This document shows, one piece after another, positions 49,419 through 60,543 of a DNA stretch of 64,000 nt; the first letter of the stretch is position 1, and every line of letters starts with the position of its first letter. The position numbers were made by a program, and so were the translations under genes. The notes below the pieces were generated by a model. That model made no database searches. It saw only the letters and a list, made by a program, of their open reading frames with translations, and was not told where the DNA came from. Source of the DNA: an uncultured Rhodospirillaceae bacterium (GTDB lineage Bacteria; Pseudomonadota; Alphaproteobacteria; UBA2966); NCBI GenBank assembly GCA_964528595.1, contig CAZGTM010000011.1, positions 3,061 to 67,060 of the forward strand, written 5' to 3'.

Positions 49419-50521
49419 CCGGCTCGGTCCACAACCGGCGCATTGCCGATCTCAGCATCGCCAGACCGCCGGAGATCGCGGAGCCGGATTGCCGGCCCGC
49501 CTCCGATATGCGCCGGCTCAACCTCAACGAATCGCTGCTGCCGCCATCGCCCCATGCCTTGGCCGCCATGGCGGAGGCTTTGCAGCAGGCACAGGCCTAC
49601 ACCGATCACGGCTGCTCGGCGCTGGCGGTTCTGCTTTCCGAGCGGACGGGATTGCCGGCGAATCGCATCAGCTTCGGCAACGGCAGCGGCGAGCTATTGA
49701 CCATGGCGGCGGCCATCGCCCTGGAACCGGGCGACGAAGCGATCTTTCCCGCACCGACCTTTCCCACCTGCGCCAAAGGCGTCGCCGTCTCGGGCGGCCG
49801 CCTCGTCGAAGTGCCGGTGCGCGCCGACGGCGCCAACGACATCCCCGCCATGCTGGCGGCGCTGACGGACAAGACCCGGCTTTTCTATGTCTGCACCCCC
49901 AACAACCCGACCGGCGCGGCGATCGGCGAGGACGATCTGATTGCCGCCATCGAGGGCGTGCCGGCGGGCTGCCTGCTGGTGGTGGACGAGGCCTACCACG
50001 AATTCGCCGCCGCCGAAGGTTACCCCGATGTTCTTTCGTTACTGGACAAGCGCAGCGGTCCCTGGGTGGTGACACGCACGTTCTCCAAAGCCTACTGCAT
50101 GGCGGGACTGCGCGTGGGCTACGCCTTTACCAGCGATACCGAATTGCGCAACGCCTTTTGGAAACTGCGGGGCAATTTCAACGTAAACCGCATCGGCCTG
50201 GCCGGCGCGGTTGCGGCGATGAAGGACGAGGCATACCTGCAGGAGACGTTAAGCAGTTTGCTGACGCAGCGAAAACGCCTGGCCGCAGGTTTGGAAGAAA
50301 TGGGTTTTGAGAATCTACCCAGCCAGGCGAATTTTCTGACCAGCCTATCCCCCGAGCCCGCTTCGGGCCTCGCCGATGGACTGGCTGGACGGGGGTTGCT
50401 AGTCCAGGCGATGCCCTGGCCCGGCGGCAACGGCAGCCTGCGCATCACTATCGGCGAGGCGCGGGACGTCGACGAACTGTTAGGCGGCTTGGCCGATCTG
50501 CTGCGCGGTTCGGCCCATTGA
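49415..50521 (+). CDS. HisC-like PLP aminotransferase (class I/II)
   Basis: LNLNES, NGSGE, CTPNNPTG, VDEAYHEF, RTFSKAYCMAGLRVGY; GTGA overlap. Confidence 0.88.
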   Translation: MTGSVHNRRIADLSIARPPEIAEPDCRPASDMRRLNLNESLLPPSPHALAAMAEALQQAQAYTDHGCSALAVLLSERTGLPANRISFGNGSGELLTMAAAIALEPGDEAIFPAPTFPTCAKGVAVSGGRLVEVPVRADGANDIPAMLAALTDKTRLFYVCTPNNPTGAAIGEDDLIAAIEGVPAGCLLVVDEAYHEFAAAEGYPDVLSLLDKRSGPWVVTRTFSKAYCMAGLRVGYAFTSDTELRNAFWKLRGNFNVNRIGLAGAVAAMKDEAYLQETLSSLLTQRKRLAAGLEEMGFENLPSQANFLTSLSPEPASGLADGLAGRGLLVQAMPWPGGNGSLRITIGEARDVDELLGGLADLLRGSAH

Positions 50522-51924
50522 CCTCCCTGCTTGAACGACTCGGCGGCACCCTCGGTCCCAAGGGTTGCCTAACCGAAGCCAACGACATCCAGGCTTACAT
50601 TACCGACCTGCTGGGATTGGACGTCGCGGCGCCGCTCTGCGTCACACGCCCGGCGACCACTGCGGAGGTTGCAGAAACGGTTCGCTGCTGCCGTGAACAC
50701 GCCGTGGCGGTCATTCCTCAGGGCGGAAATACCGGATTATGCGGCGGGGCCGTGCCGCTGGACAGGCGCGATACCGTTATCGTGGCACTCGATCGGCTGA
50801 AGTCGATCCGCGAGGTCGATCCCGCGGGTAACATAATCGTCGCCGAATCCGGCGTGGTACTGGCGGACGTCCAGGCGGCTGCGGCCGGCGTGGACCGGAT
50901 CTTTCCCCTGACCCATGGCGGAGAAGCATCCAGCCGCATCGGCGGCAACCTTTCGACCAACGCCGGCGGCAACAATGCACTGCGTTATGGTACGGCGCGC
51001 GACCAGGTCTTGGGCCTCGAAGTCGTCCTGCCGTCGGGCGAGGTGTGGCACGGACTGCGCGCCTTGCGCAAGAACACAGCCGGGTACGATCTGAAGCACC
51101 TGTTCATCGGCGCCGAAGGAACGCTCGGTATCATCACGGCGGCAGCTCTTAAGATCAGGCCCGCACCGAAAGCGCGGGAGACCGTCTTCGCCGCCCTGGC
51201 GAGCCCCGCCGCCGGCCTTGATTTCCTGCGCCGGCTTGAGGGTCATGTCGGCGAAATAGTAACGGCCTTTGAACTTCTTTCCGCTAACGCGGTCTCGGCT
51301 GCATTGAGCCTCGAGGGGGTGCGCTATCCCTTGGCGGAACGCCACGACTGGTGTGCTCTTATTGAAGTCGACAGCGCGAGCACGCGGTTCGATCTGCAGG
51401 GGGCCGTCGAGGACGCGCTGGCGGAAGGATTTGACAATGGTATTGTCCTGGATGCCGTGATCACGCAGTCCGAAGCCCAGCGGGAAGACTTGTGGCGACT
51501 TCGCGAAAGCGTCGCCTTCGCGCTGATCGAGGACAAGAGCTGCCTAAAAAGCGACACCGCCGTTCCCGTCGCCGCCGTTCCGGAATTTGTCCGCCGCGCC
51601 GAGGCCGCCGTCGTTGCCGCGGTGCCGGGCGTCCGCTGCACGCCCTTCGGCCACCTCGGCGATGGCAATGTGCACTTCAACGTTCAAAGGCCCGAGGGCG
51701 ATACCGACGCGGAATTCAAACGCTTTTGGCCGGAGCTCGCCGATGTCATCTGCGGGGTTTCATTGGAACTGGGCGGCACGATGAGCGCCGAACACGGCAT
51801 CGGCCGAACCAAACAGGCCGTCTTCGGCGACGTCACGCCGGTGACGGAAATCGATCTGATGAAGAAGTTGAAAGCCGCGCTCGATCCCGACGGGTTGATG
51901 AATCCCGGCGTGCTGTTTCCGTAA
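50518..51924 (+). CDS. FAD-linked D-2-hydroxyacid dehydrogenase (VAO/PCMH family)
   Basis: PQGGNTGLCGG, IGGNLSTNAGG, LRKNTAGYDL, GAEGTLGII, GHLGDGNVH, SAEHGIG, MNPG. Confidence 0.88.
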   Translation: MTSLLERLGGTLGPKGCLTEANDIQAYITDLLGLDVAAPLCVTRPATTAEVAETVRCCREHAVAVIPQGGNTGLCGGAVPLDRRDTVIVALDRLKSIREVDPAGNIIVAESGVVLADVQAAAAGVDRIFPLTHGGEASSRIGGNLSTNAGGNNALRYGTARDQVLGLEVVLPSGEVWHGLRALRKNTAGYDLKHLFIGAEGTLGIITAAALKIRPAPKARETVFAALASPAAGLDFLRRLEGHVGEIVTAFELLSANAVSAALSLEGVRYPLAERHDWCALIEVDSASTRFDLQGAVEDALAEGFDNGIVLDAVITQSEAQREDLWRLRESVAFALIEDKSCLKSDTAVPVAAVPEFVRRAEAAVVAAVPGVRCTPFGHLGDGNVHFNVQRPEGDTDAEFKRFWPELADVICGVSLELGGTMSAEHGIGRTKQAVFGDVTPVTEIDLMKKLKAALDPDGLMNPGVLFP

Positions 51925-51931
51925 TGGCGGG

Positions 51932-52687
51932 CTACTGGCCGGTACTGAAGCGCCCGACCAGGCGGTGCCGCTCGCCGGGATAGGTCAGCCGGACCTGGGT
52001 GAGGGCGTCGTCTCCCATCCAGGTCGTGCGCTCCACCTGCAGGCAGGCCTCGCCGGCTGAAATGCCCAGTTGTTTGGCAACGTTCTCGGAGGCGTTGACC
52101 GCCGCGATGACATGTTCGACGCGGGACCAGGGAATATTTTTCAACAGCCAGCGGTTCGGCGGCTCCCGCTCGAAGGTTTCCTTCCGGGCCGCGGGCACGG
52201 TGGTGAGGTTGATGGCGCGTTCTTCCATCAGCACCGGTTCGCCGTCGCTGGAATGACGGCAGGTGAGGCGCAACACGGACTTGGCCGAGCCGTTGGCGAA
52301 AATTCCCGCCAGCGCCGCATCCGGTTTATCGACCCGGCGTTCGATCAGCTCATAGCCGTAGGCTGCGCCCGTAGCTTCGATCTCGTCGGCGATATCGCGC
52401 AACTCCATCACGGCGTGCTCGGATACCTGTTGGGCGACGAAGGTGCCGTGACGGCGGCGGCGCACCACCAGGCCCTCGTCGGCCAGCATCTGCAGCGCCC
52501 GGTTGACGGTCATGCGGGAGGCGCCGAAGAGGTCCATGAAGGCATGCTCCGACGGCAGCCGAGCACCGGGCGCCAATCGGCCCGCCAGGATCGGCGTGGC
52601 GATGGCGCGGCGGATCTGGCGGTAGACCGGACCGCGCCCGTCCAGGGAAAAACCGGTGGCGTCGGGGGATTGGTTCTTCGCCGTCAT
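51932..52687 (-). CDS. hutC: Histidine utilization repressor (GntR/UTRA)
   Basis: LPSE, SRMTVNRAL, GTFV, IPWSRVEH; coupled to hutF. Confidence 0.9.
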   Translation of the reverse strand: MTAKNQSPDATGFSLDGRGPVYRQIRRAIATPILAGRLAPGARLPSEHAFMDLFGASRMTVNRALQMLADEGLVVRRRRHGTFVAQQVSEHAVMELRDIADEIEATGAAYGYELIERRVDKPDAALAGIFANGSAKSVLRLTCRHSSDGEPVLMEERAINLTTVPAARKETFEREPPNRWLLKNIPWSRVEHVIAAVNASENVAKQLGISAGEACLQVERTTWMGDDALTQVRLTYPGERHRLVGRFSTGQ

Positions 52688-54054
52688 GGGTTGAGCAATT
52701 TCGTCAGGGTGTCGGCGTAACGCCGGGCGATGGCGCCGGCGTCACGGTGTCGGCCGCCGCAGACAACGTGGCGGGCGCCGCACCAGACATCCGAAACAAC
52801 ATTGGTACTTGCGGCAAACAGCCAGCCGTCCAGCCAGCCGTCGCCTTCGCGCGCCACCAGGGCGGGGTGTTCGGCGTCCAGCGAAACGATGTCGGCGCGG
52901 TAGCCCGCCTCAAGCCGCCCGATCCGGCGTCCGCTGGCTTGAGCACCCCCGGCCAGCAGTGCCTCGAACAGGGCCCGGCCTGTCGAGCCGCCTTGCGGGC
53001 TGAGCCGGTTGCGTTGGCGGTCGCGCAGGCGTTGGCCGTATTCCAGCAGGCGAATTTCCTCCGCCACGCTGATCAGCACGTTGCTGTCGGAGCCGATCGC
53101 CAGGCGGCCGCCGCCGGCCATGAAGCCGACGCCGGCGAAAATGCCGTCGCCCAGATTGGCCTCGGTGATCGGGCAAAGTCCCGCCACCGCGCCGCTTGTT
53201 CTGATGGCATCGCTCTCCGCTGGTGTCAGGTGCGTGGCGTGCACCAGGCACCAGCGTTCATCTACGCCCGAGTGGTTGAACAGCCATTCGACGGGGCGCT
53301 CTGCCGACCAGGCGAGGCAGTCGTCCACCTCGCGCGTTTGTTCGGCGATATGAATGTGAATGGGGCCGGACGGTTCAAGGGCGACCACCTCAGCCAGGCT
53401 CTCCGGCGTCACGGCCCGCAAGCTGTGGGGGGCGATACCGACGGCGGCGTCGGTCACCTCCCGGCTGATCTCGCGTACCCGTTCCAGCAAACGCCCGAAG
53501 CTATCCGTCGAATTGACGAAACGGCGCTGGGCGTCACCAGGTTCGATCCCGCCGAAACCGCCGTTGGCGTAAAAGACGGGCAGGAAGGTCAGGCCGATGC
53601 CCGTACCCGCCCCGGCCTCCGCGATCGCCGCCGACATTTCGCCGGGGTCGACGTATGAATTGCCGCCGGGGGCGTGGTGGAGGTAGTGAAACTCGGCGAC
53701 GGCGGTGAAACCCGATTCGAGCATCTCGGCATAGGCCTGGGCGGCGATGGCGGCCAGATCCGGCGGCGTCAATGATCCGACGAAGCCGTACATAACGTTG
53801 CGCCAGCTCCAGAAATCGTCTTCGCCTGGGTTGCCGCTCTCGGCCAGCCCGGCCATGGCGCGCTGGAAGGCGTGGCTGTGGCAGTTGGGCATGCCGGGTA
53901 GCGCAATGCCGCCCCGCATGTCCGTCCCGGCTGCATCCGCGCCGGCACTGACATTTGTGATCCAGCCGTCCCCGTCGGCTTCGATGATCACGTCGCGGGC
54001 CCAGCCGCCGGGCAGCAGGGCATGGTCGAAATGTAGGCGCGTTTGGGCGGGCAT
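52684..54054 (-). CDS. hutF: Formimidoylglutamate deiminase
   Basis: [60 protein letters not shown]. Confidence 0.95.
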   Translation of the reverse strand: MPAQTRLHFDHALLPGGWARDVIIEADGDGWITNVSAGADAAGTDMRGGIALPGMPNCHSHAFQRAMAGLAESGNPGEDDFWSWRNVMYGFVGSLTPPDLAAIAAQAYAEMLESGFTAVAEFHYLHHAPGGNSYVDPGEMSAAIAEAGAGTGIGLTFLPVFYANGGFGGIEPGDAQRRFVNSTDSFGRLLERVREISREVTDAAVGIAPHSLRAVTPESLAEVVALEPSGPIHIHIAEQTREVDDCLAWSAERPVEWLFNHSGVDERWCLVHATHLTPAESDAIRTSGAVAGLCPITEANLGDGIFAGVGFMAGGGRLAIGSDSNVLISVAEEIRLLEYGQRLRDRQRNRLSPQGGSTGRALFEALLAGGAQASGRRIGRLEAGYRADIVSLDAEHPALVAREGDGWLDGWLFAASTNVVSDVWCGARHVVCGGRHRDAGAIARRYADTLTKLLNP

Positions 54055-54057
54055 GTA

Positions 54058-54107
54058 TTGTCTATACAAAAAAGCTTGCCCCCTGTCCATTCTAATTGTA
54101 TATACAA
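54058..54107. promoter_or_regulatory. Two HutC operators
   Basis: TTGTCTATACAA (54058-54069) and TTGTATATACAA (54096-54107) between divergent hutF and hutI; fits TGTA-N2-TACA. Confidence 0.88.
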
Positions 54108-54127
54108 ATGAACAGGGGGAGGGAGCA

Positions 54128-55339
54128 ATGACCGTCGCCGTCGACAAAATCTGGAAAAACGCCCGCCTCGCGACGATGGATCCCGGCTGCGAAGGCTACG
54201 GCGCCGTCGAAGGCGGTCTGATCGCCGCCAGGGACGGCCGCATCGCCTGGGCAGGGTCCGAGGCCGAGGCCCCGGAGATGTCCGCCGCCTCCACGGTTGA
54301 CGTCGAGGGCCGCTGGATCACGCCGGGCCTGGTCGACTGCCATACCCACCTGGTTTACGGCGGCAACCGCGCAACCGAGTTTGAACAGCGCCTCAAGGGT
54401 GCGAGCTACGAAGAGATCTCGAAAGCCGGCGGCGGCATCGTGTCGACCGTGGCGGCCACCCGCGAGGCCAGCGAGGCCGAGTTGATCGAAAGGGCATTGC
54501 CCCGGCTCGACAGCCTGATCGCCGACGGCGTGACGACCATCGAGATCAAGTCGGGCTACGGCCTCAATACCGAGACCGAATGCAAGATGCTGCGCGCCGC
54601 GCGGGCACTTGGGCTTGAGCGCGACGTCCGGGTCAAGATGACATTTCTCGGCGCCCATGCCCTGCCGCCGGAGGCCGGGGGCGATGCGGACGCTTATATC
54701 GGCGATGTCTGCGACAACCAGCTGCCCGCCGCGCACAACGAGGGCCTGGCTGACGCCGTCGACGCCTTTTGCGAGGGCATCGGATTTTCCAACGATCAGA
54801 CCCGCCGGGTGTTCGAGGCCGCCCAGGCTTTGGGACTGCCGGTCAAGCTCCATGCCGAACAACTCAGCAATCTCGGCGGCGCGGCCCTGGCTGCCGAATT
54901 CGGCGCGCTGTCCGCCGATCACCTGGAATACGTCGACGAGGCAGGCATCGAGGCGATGGCGGGGGCCGGCACGGTGGCGGTGCTGCTGCCGGGTGCCTTC
55001 TATTTCCTGCGTGACGAGACTGTGCCGCCGGTCGACCTGTTCCGGCGCCACGGCGTACCGATGGCGCTGGCCACCGACAGCAACCCGGGTTCCTCGCCCA
55101 TGGGGTCGCTGCTGCTCGTGCTCAACATGGCCTGCACGTTGTTCCGCCTGACGCCGGAAGAGGCCCTGGCCGGGATTACCCGCCACGGCGCCCGCGCTCT
55201 CGGTCTGCAGGACGAGGTGGGCACGATCGAGACCGGCAAGGCCTGCGACCTGGCGATTTGGGATATCGAACACCCGGCCGAACTGAGCTACGGCATCGGC
55301 GTCAACCCGCTACATGAGCGCGTGCGGAACGGCGCATGA
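54128..55339 (+). CDS. hutI: Imidazolonepropionase
   Basis: [53 protein letters not shown]. Confidence 0.96.
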   Translation: MTVAVDKIWKNARLATMDPGCEGYGAVEGGLIAARDGRIAWAGSEAEAPEMSAASTVDVEGRWITPGLVDCHTHLVYGGNRATEFEQRLKGASYEEISKAGGGIVSTVAATREASEAELIERALPRLDSLIADGVTTIEIKSGYGLNTETECKMLRAARALGLERDVRVKMTFLGAHALPPEAGGDADAYIGDVCDNQLPAAHNEGLADAVDAFCEGIGFSNDQTRRVFEAAQALGLPVKLHAEQLSNLGGAALAAEFGALSADHLEYVDEAGIEAMAGAGTVAVLLPGAFYFLRDETVPPVDLFRRHGVPMALATDSNPGSSPMGSLLLVLNMACTLFRLTPEEALAGITRHGARALGLQDEVGTIETGKACDLAIWDIEHPAELSYGIGVNPLHERVRNGA

Positions 55340-56148
55340 TTGACGTCGTTGAAGTTCATCGAGGCGGCTCGGCCCTGATCCTCAGTATGCCGCATTGCGG
55401 CCAGGACCTCGTGCCCGAGGTTGAGCAAGGGCTGAACGGCGAAGGCCGGGCCATCGCCGATACCGATTGGTGGATCGAAAAGCTCTATGGCTTTCACCGC
55501 GATCTCGATGCCAGCGTCGTGCAGGCCAAGCTGTCGCGCTACGTCATCGACCTCAACCGGGATCCCTCGGGCGCCTCGCTTTATCCCGGCCAGGCCACCA
55601 CCGGCCTGTGTCCGGTCACGACATTCGACGGTGAAACGATCTACAACGCCGGCGCGGAACCTGACGAGGCCGAGATCAAGCGCCGCGTCGAGGCCTACTA
55701 CGAGCCTTATCACAGAGCCCTGGTCGGGCTCATCGAAGAATCCGTCAAGCGCCACGGCTATGCCTTGCTGTTCGACTGCCATTCGATCCGCTCGGCGGTA
55801 CCGCGCCTGTTCGAGGGCCGGTTGCCGGACTTCAATATCGGCAGTAACGACGGTTCATCGTGCGACCCGGCGATGGCGGACGTTCTCAGTAAAGCCTGCC
55901 GCGCGGCGCCCGGTTTGACGACGGTGGTCAACGGCCGCTTCAAGGGCGGTTGGATCACGCGGCACTACGGCGATCCGGCCGGCAACGTCCACGCCCTGCA
56001 GCTTGAATTGGCGCAATGCGCCTACATGGAAGAAGCGCCGCCCTGGACCTACCAGGAACCCAAGGCGGCAATCGTTGGAGACATCTTGAAACGCGCCCTC
56101 GGCGACATGATCGGCTGGGCGCAGCGGAATTTGGGAGAAACGAGATGA
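55336..56148 (+). CDS. hutG: N-formylglutamate deformylase
   Basis: [56 protein letters not shown]. Confidence 0.95.
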   Translation: MIDVVEVHRGGSALILSMPHCGQDLVPEVEQGLNGEGRAIADTDWWIEKLYGFHRDLDASVVQAKLSRYVIDLNRDPSGASLYPGQATTGLCPVTTFDGETIYNAGAEPDEAEIKRRVEAYYEPYHRALVGLIEESVKRHGYALLFDCHSIRSAVPRLFEGRLPDFNIGSNDGSSCDPAMADVLSKACRAAPGLTTVVNGRFKGGWITRHYGDPAGNVHALQLELAQCAYMEEAPPWTYQEPKAAIVGDILKRALGDMIGWAQRNLGETR

Positions 56149-57827
56149 CGCAATCCTCACGCCTCGACAACACGCGCGAGATCCGCGCCCCGCGCGGTAG
56201 CGAACTCAACGCCAAAAGCTGGCTGACGGAAGCGCCCTTGCGCATGCTGATGAACAACCTCGATGCCGAGGTTGCGGAAAAACCGCAGGAACTGGTGGTC
56301 TACGGCGGCATCGGCCGGGCGGCGCGCAGCTGGGAGGCCTTCGACCAGATCACGGCCAGCCTCAAGGACCTCGAGGACGACGAAACCCTGATCGTCCAGT
56401 CCGGTAAGCCCGTCGGCGTCTTCCGCACCCACAAGGACGCGCCCCGCGTCCTGATCGCCAATTCGAATTTGGTGCCGGAGTGGGCCAATTGGGATCACTT
56501 CAACGAACTCGATAAGGTCGGCCTGATGATGTACGGCCAGATGACGGCGGGATCGTGGATCTATATCGGCAGTCAGGGCATCGTCCAGGGCACCTACGAA
56601 ACCTTCGTCGAGGTCGGCCGCCAGCACTACGACGGAGATCTGTCGGGGCGCTGGATCCTGACCGGCGGTCTCGGCGGCATGGGCGGCGCGCAGCCTCTGG
56701 CCGCCACCATGGCGGGGGCTTCGATGCTGGCGGTGGAATGCCAGCCCAGCCGCATCGACTTCCGCCTGCGCAGCGGCTACCTCGACGCCAAGGCGGACAA
56801 TCTCGATGATGCCTTGGCGATGATGGAAAAATCCTGCGCCGAGAAAAAACCCATCTCCGTCGGCCTGCTGGGCAATGCCGCGGAACTCTACCCCGAGATG
56901 GTGCGCCGGGGCGTCCGTCCCGACGCCGTCACCGATCAGACTTCGGCCCACGATCCGCTCAACGGCTACCTGCCCGCCGGCTGGACGCTCGATCAATGGG
57001 AGACGCAGAAGGAGCGCGATCCCAAGGCCGTCGAGGCGGCCGCCAAGGAGAGCATGGCGGTCCAGGTCCGGGCGATGCTGGACTTCTGGCATGCCGGCGT
57101 ACCGACGCTGGACTACGGCAACAATATCCGCCAGGTGGCGAAGGACATGGGCGTCGCCGATGCCTTCGATTTTCCCGGTTTCGTGCCGGCCTATATCCGG
57201 CCGCTCTTTTGCCGCGGCATCGGCCCCTTCCGCTGGGCCGCGCTGTCGGGGGATCCGGAGGACATCTACCGCACCGACGAAAAGGTCAAGGAGGTGATCC
57301 CCGACGATCCGCACCTCCACAACTGGCTCGACATGGCGCGGGAGCGTATTCATTTTCAGGGCCTGCCGTCGCGCATCTGCTGGGTCGGCCTGGGCCAGCG
57401 TCACCGTTTGGGGCTGGCCTTCAACGAGATGGTGGCCAACGGCGAATTATCGGCGCCCGTCGTGATCGGGCGCGACCATCTCGACAGCGGTTCCGTCGCC
57501 AGTCCCAACCGCGAAACCGAGGCCATGAAGGACGGCTCGGACGCCGTCTCCGACTGGCCGTTGCTGAACGCCCTGATCAACTGCGCGTCGGGCGCCACCT
57601 GGGTATCGCTTCACCACGGTGGCGGCGTCGGCATGGGCTATTCACAGCATGCCGGCATGGTGATCGTCTGCGACGGCACGGCGGACGCGGCGCGCCGCAT
57701 CGAAAGGGTTTTGTGGAACGATCCGGCGTCGGGCGTCATGCGCCACGCCGACGCGGGCTACGAAAGCGCCGTCGAATGCGCCCGGGAATTCGGCCTCAAA
57801 CTACCGTCGTTGGGGATCGGGGGTTAA
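56145..57827 (+). CDS. hutU: Urocanate hydratase
   Basis: [63 protein letters not shown]. Confidence 0.98.
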   Translation: MTQSSRLDNTREIRAPRGSELNAKSWLTEAPLRMLMNNLDAEVAEKPQELVVYGGIGRAARSWEAFDQITASLKDLEDDETLIVQSGKPVGVFRTHKDAPRVLIANSNLVPEWANWDHFNELDKVGLMMYGQMTAGSWIYIGSQGIVQGTYETFVEVGRQHYDGDLSGRWILTGGLGGMGGAQPLAATMAGASMLAVECQPSRIDFRLRSGYLDAKADNLDDALAMMEKSCAEKKPISVGLLGNAAELYPEMVRRGVRPDAVTDQTSAHDPLNGYLPAGWTLDQWETQKERDPKAVEAAAKESMAVQVRAMLDFWHAGVPTLDYGNNIRQVAKDMGVADAFDFPGFVPAYIRPLFCRGIGPFRWAALSGDPEDIYRTDEKVKEVIPDDPHLHNWLDMARERIHFQGLPSRICWVGLGQRHRLGLAFNEMVANGELSAPVVIGRDHLDSGSVASPNRETEAMKDGSDAVSDWPLLNALINCASGATWVSLHHGGGVGMGYSQHAGMVIVCDGTADAARRIERVLWNDPASGVMRHADAGYESAVECAREFGLKLPSLGIGG

Positions 57828-57835
57828 GCCGTCCG

Positions 57836-57866
57836 GCAATAAATCGTACCTGTCACCATTTATTGC
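57836..57866. repeat. REP-like hairpin GCAATAAAT-cGTACCTGTCACC-ATTTATTGC
   Basis: 9-bp inverted repeat around a core related to that at 29889-29900; between convergent genes. Confidence 0.45.
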
Positions 57867-57880
57867 GCCCCAATTCGGCT

Positions 57881-59044
57881 TTAAGGCCACTTGACGACTT
57901 TGCAGTATTTGACGCCTTTTTCCTTGATCGCCTGGCAGATGCCGGCGGCGATGGCCCGTTGGCCGACGGGGCCGTAGATCAGGCGATAAAATGTCCCCTT
58001 GTCCTTGACCTCCACCGACTGTTGGGTGTGGTCCAGGTCCTCCAGCTCCAGCTCAAGCGACTTGCGCAGTTTGCCCGCCCCTCGCTTCAACGCGGCCTCG
58101 TTGCTGAAGGAACTGAGGTGAATGCCGAAACCGCCCGTCGGTCTCGGCGCCGGCTTCGTTGACGCTGCCTTTTTCTCTTCCTTTTTCGGCTTCATTTCGG
58201 GTGCCGGCTGCGGTGGCAGCGGCGAACCCGGTTCAGGGGCCGGCATGCCGGTCGACTTCGCCGACAGATAAGCGCCCAGCGCGGACAGCTTACGCACTTC
58301 CGTGTTCAAGCGGTCAACCCGGGTCGTCAGGCTCTCCATACCCAGCTCGACGGCCAGCAGGCGGGATTCGGTACCGGGGTCCGACGCCATGCTTTTGGCC
58401 GGCATCGCCGGTTCGTCGGATTTCATCTCTTCCTTGTGTTCTTCCTGCTTGGCTTCTTCCTCGGCCCCGGCTTTCGTCATCGGCTCCGGTTTTTTCTCGG
58501 CCATTTTCGGTTCCGGGGCGGCCGGCTTCGTCTCTTTGGCCCGCTGGGTACTCCGCGCCATGGTCCGCCGGACACGCACCTGCGTGAGCTTGCCGTCTTC
58601 GCTCATATGCTGATAGCGCTGCATGCGCAGGCTGTTGAGGTCGGGCAGCGCCGATTCGAAATTACGGAAGTCGAGGGCGACATTACCGAACATCACGTCG
58701 AGCCCCACCGTCATCTCGATGTAGCGCGTTTCACCTTCCTCAAGGTCGAACGACAACCGCTTTTCCGCGTCCATTGTCGTTGCGACGTCATGGGGGCCGG
58801 GCGGGGCGTCAACCACCAGGAACTGGCCGTTAACGAACTTTCCCAGGAACTTGTTGTCGAGGTAGGCGTGCGGTTCCACGGAGTAACCGAACATGCCGGC
58901 GCGATAGAAGAAGATACGTCCGGCGCCCTCGGCAAGCGGCGGTATATCGTTGATTTGGGGTCCGGGATCTGCGGGCGCACGGGTGCAGGCCGAAATTCCA
59001 AAAATGATGGAAATCACGACGGCCAGCCGGATTGCGACGCGCAT
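57881..59044 (-). CDS. Lipoprotein with a DUF2846-like N-terminal domain and a C-terminal SPOR domain
   Basis: Lipobox ISAC; GRIFFYR...GQFLVVDAPPGPH; Pro/Glu/Lys linker and short coiled coil; FGIHLSSF...FYRLIYGP...ICQAIK...YC. Confidence 0.75.
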   Translation of the reverse strand: MRVAIRLAVVISIIFGISACTRAPADPGPQINDIPPLAEGAGRIFFYRAGMFGYSVEPHAYLDNKFLGKFVNGQFLVVDAPPGPHDVATTMDAEKRLSFDLEEGETRYIEMTVGLDVMFGNVALDFRNFESALPDLNSLRMQRYQHMSEDGKLTQVRVRRTMARSTQRAKETKPAAPEPKMAEKKPEPMTKAGAEEEAKQEEHKEEMKSDEPAMPAKSMASDPGTESRLLAVELGMESLTTRVDRLNTEVRKLSALGAYLSAKSTGMPAPEPGSPLPPQPAPEMKPKKEEKKAASTKPAPRPTGGFGIHLSSFSNEAALKRGAGKLRKSLELELEDLDHTQQSVEVKDKGTFYRLIYGPVGQRAIAAGICQAIKEKGVKYCKVVKWP

Positions 59045-59256
59045 AAGCTCCCCCGTTACCAAACCAGATTCAGACGCGGGGCAATCGTCGCGTTTGGACG
59101 AAGCCAAGTCAATCAATCATTGAAGGAGTGGCGCCCAAAAAGGCAGCCAAACCAACAGATAACCGGAAATTTTCACCGTTTCGCGGCTTTAGCCTATATG
59201 TTCTCCCTGCAGCGCAATCAGCCGGCCAGACCGGTATTCCTTGAAGGTTGAGACTT

Positions 59257-60543
59257 ATGCGAACACCCGAATTTTTCCGTCCGGACGTTATGGCGCGGGT
59301 CCGGGACAAATTTCACCATGTCGATCATTGTCCCGTCATCGACGCGGCCCGGATTTTTTTCGAAAGCGGCGGTGGTTCGCTGAAACTGAAAGCGGCGGTC
59401 GCCGCCAGCGCCGAAGTCGAGGCCTTGCCGGACCAGGAAGGCCGGGACAATGACGCTTCGCGTTATCTCTCGAAACTTCTTGATGACGGCCGCGAAGACC
59501 TTCACCTGGTGTTCGGTTCGGCCAATCTGGGCGCCGCCCGCGGTCAGGTGATATCGGGCGAGACGGGCACGCGATTGCTTTACCGGGTCATCCGCTCCAT
59601 CGCTCTGTCATGCCCACCGGGCCCGGTGTTGTCGTGCACGCTGGAGCATCCGGCCAGTCTCGATGCCGCCAAGCAATGGGCCGCCAATACCGGGCGCGAG
59701 TGGATCGAGGTGCCGTTCGACGCTGAAACCGGGACGGCCCGGCCCGAGCACTACGCCGCCTCGATCACGCCCGATACCCGCCTTGCCACGGTCATCCACA
59801 CCAGCATGCTGACGGGCTTCGTCGTCGATCTGCCGGGCATTGTCGAGGCCATCCGAAGCGTCGCGCCCGACTGCTTCATCGTCGTGGACGGCATCCAGCA
59901 CGCGCCTCACGGGGCCATGCACGTCGACAAGTACGGCGTCGATGCCTACGTCTTTTCGCCCTACAAGGCCTATTCCCGCCTGTCGCTGGGTTTCGGCTGG
60001 ATCAACGACCGGGTCATCAAGCTGCCGCATGAATACATGCTGGGCGGCGATCCCGATAAATGGGAACTGGGGTCCCGCGATCCGGCTTTCTATGCCGCCC
60101 AGACGAAAGTCGTCGATTATTTTTGCTGGCTCGGCGGATTGACGTCGGAGGCGGACGGCCGGCAGGATCTGATGGACGCGGGTTCGGCGGCCATGGCGGC
60201 GCACGAAGCCGCCCTGATCGACCTCCTGCTGTTCGGCGACGACGAGGCCAGGGGACTTTCGCAGTTCGACAACATCACCCTGGTCGGCCCGGCCCAGCTG
60301 GAGGGCCGCGAGGGTATCGTGTCGTTCAATCTGACCGGTACGCCGGCCCAGGAACTGGTGCGCAAGTTCGCCGCCCGCGGCATCCGCGTCCACGCCCGGA
60401 TTTCAGACGCCTATTCGGGCCGTATCCTGGCGGCCCTGGGCATCGAGGACTGCCTTCGGGTTTCGCTCTGCCATTACAATTCGCCGGCCGAGGTCAAAAC
60501 CTTCCTCGCCGTTCTAACCGAGTTCGCTGCCGACGCTCAGTAA
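59257..60543 (+). CDS. Class V PLP enzyme (cysteine desulfurase-like fold)
   Basis: FFESGGGS, LEHPAS, VDGIQHAPH, FSPYK (PLP Lys), LRVSLCHYN. Confidence 0.85.
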   Translation: MRTPEFFRPDVMARVRDKFHHVDHCPVIDAARIFFESGGGSLKLKAAVAASAEVEALPDQEGRDNDASRYLSKLLDDGREDLHLVFGSANLGAARGQVISGETGTRLLYRVIRSIALSCPPGPVLSCTLEHPASLDAAKQWAANTGREWIEVPFDAETGTARPEHYAASITPDTRLATVIHTSMLTGFVVDLPGIVEAIRSVAPDCFIVVDGIQHAPHGAMHVDKYGVDAYVFSPYKAYSRLSLGFGWINDRVIKLPHEYMLGGDPDKWELGSRDPAFYAAQTKVVDYFCWLGGLTSEADGRQDLMDAGSAAMAAHEAALIDLLLFGDDEARGLSQFDNITLVGPAQLEGREGIVSFNLTGTPAQELVRKFAARGIRVHARISDAYSGRILAALGIEDCLRVSLCHYNSPAEVKTFLAVLTEFAADAQ

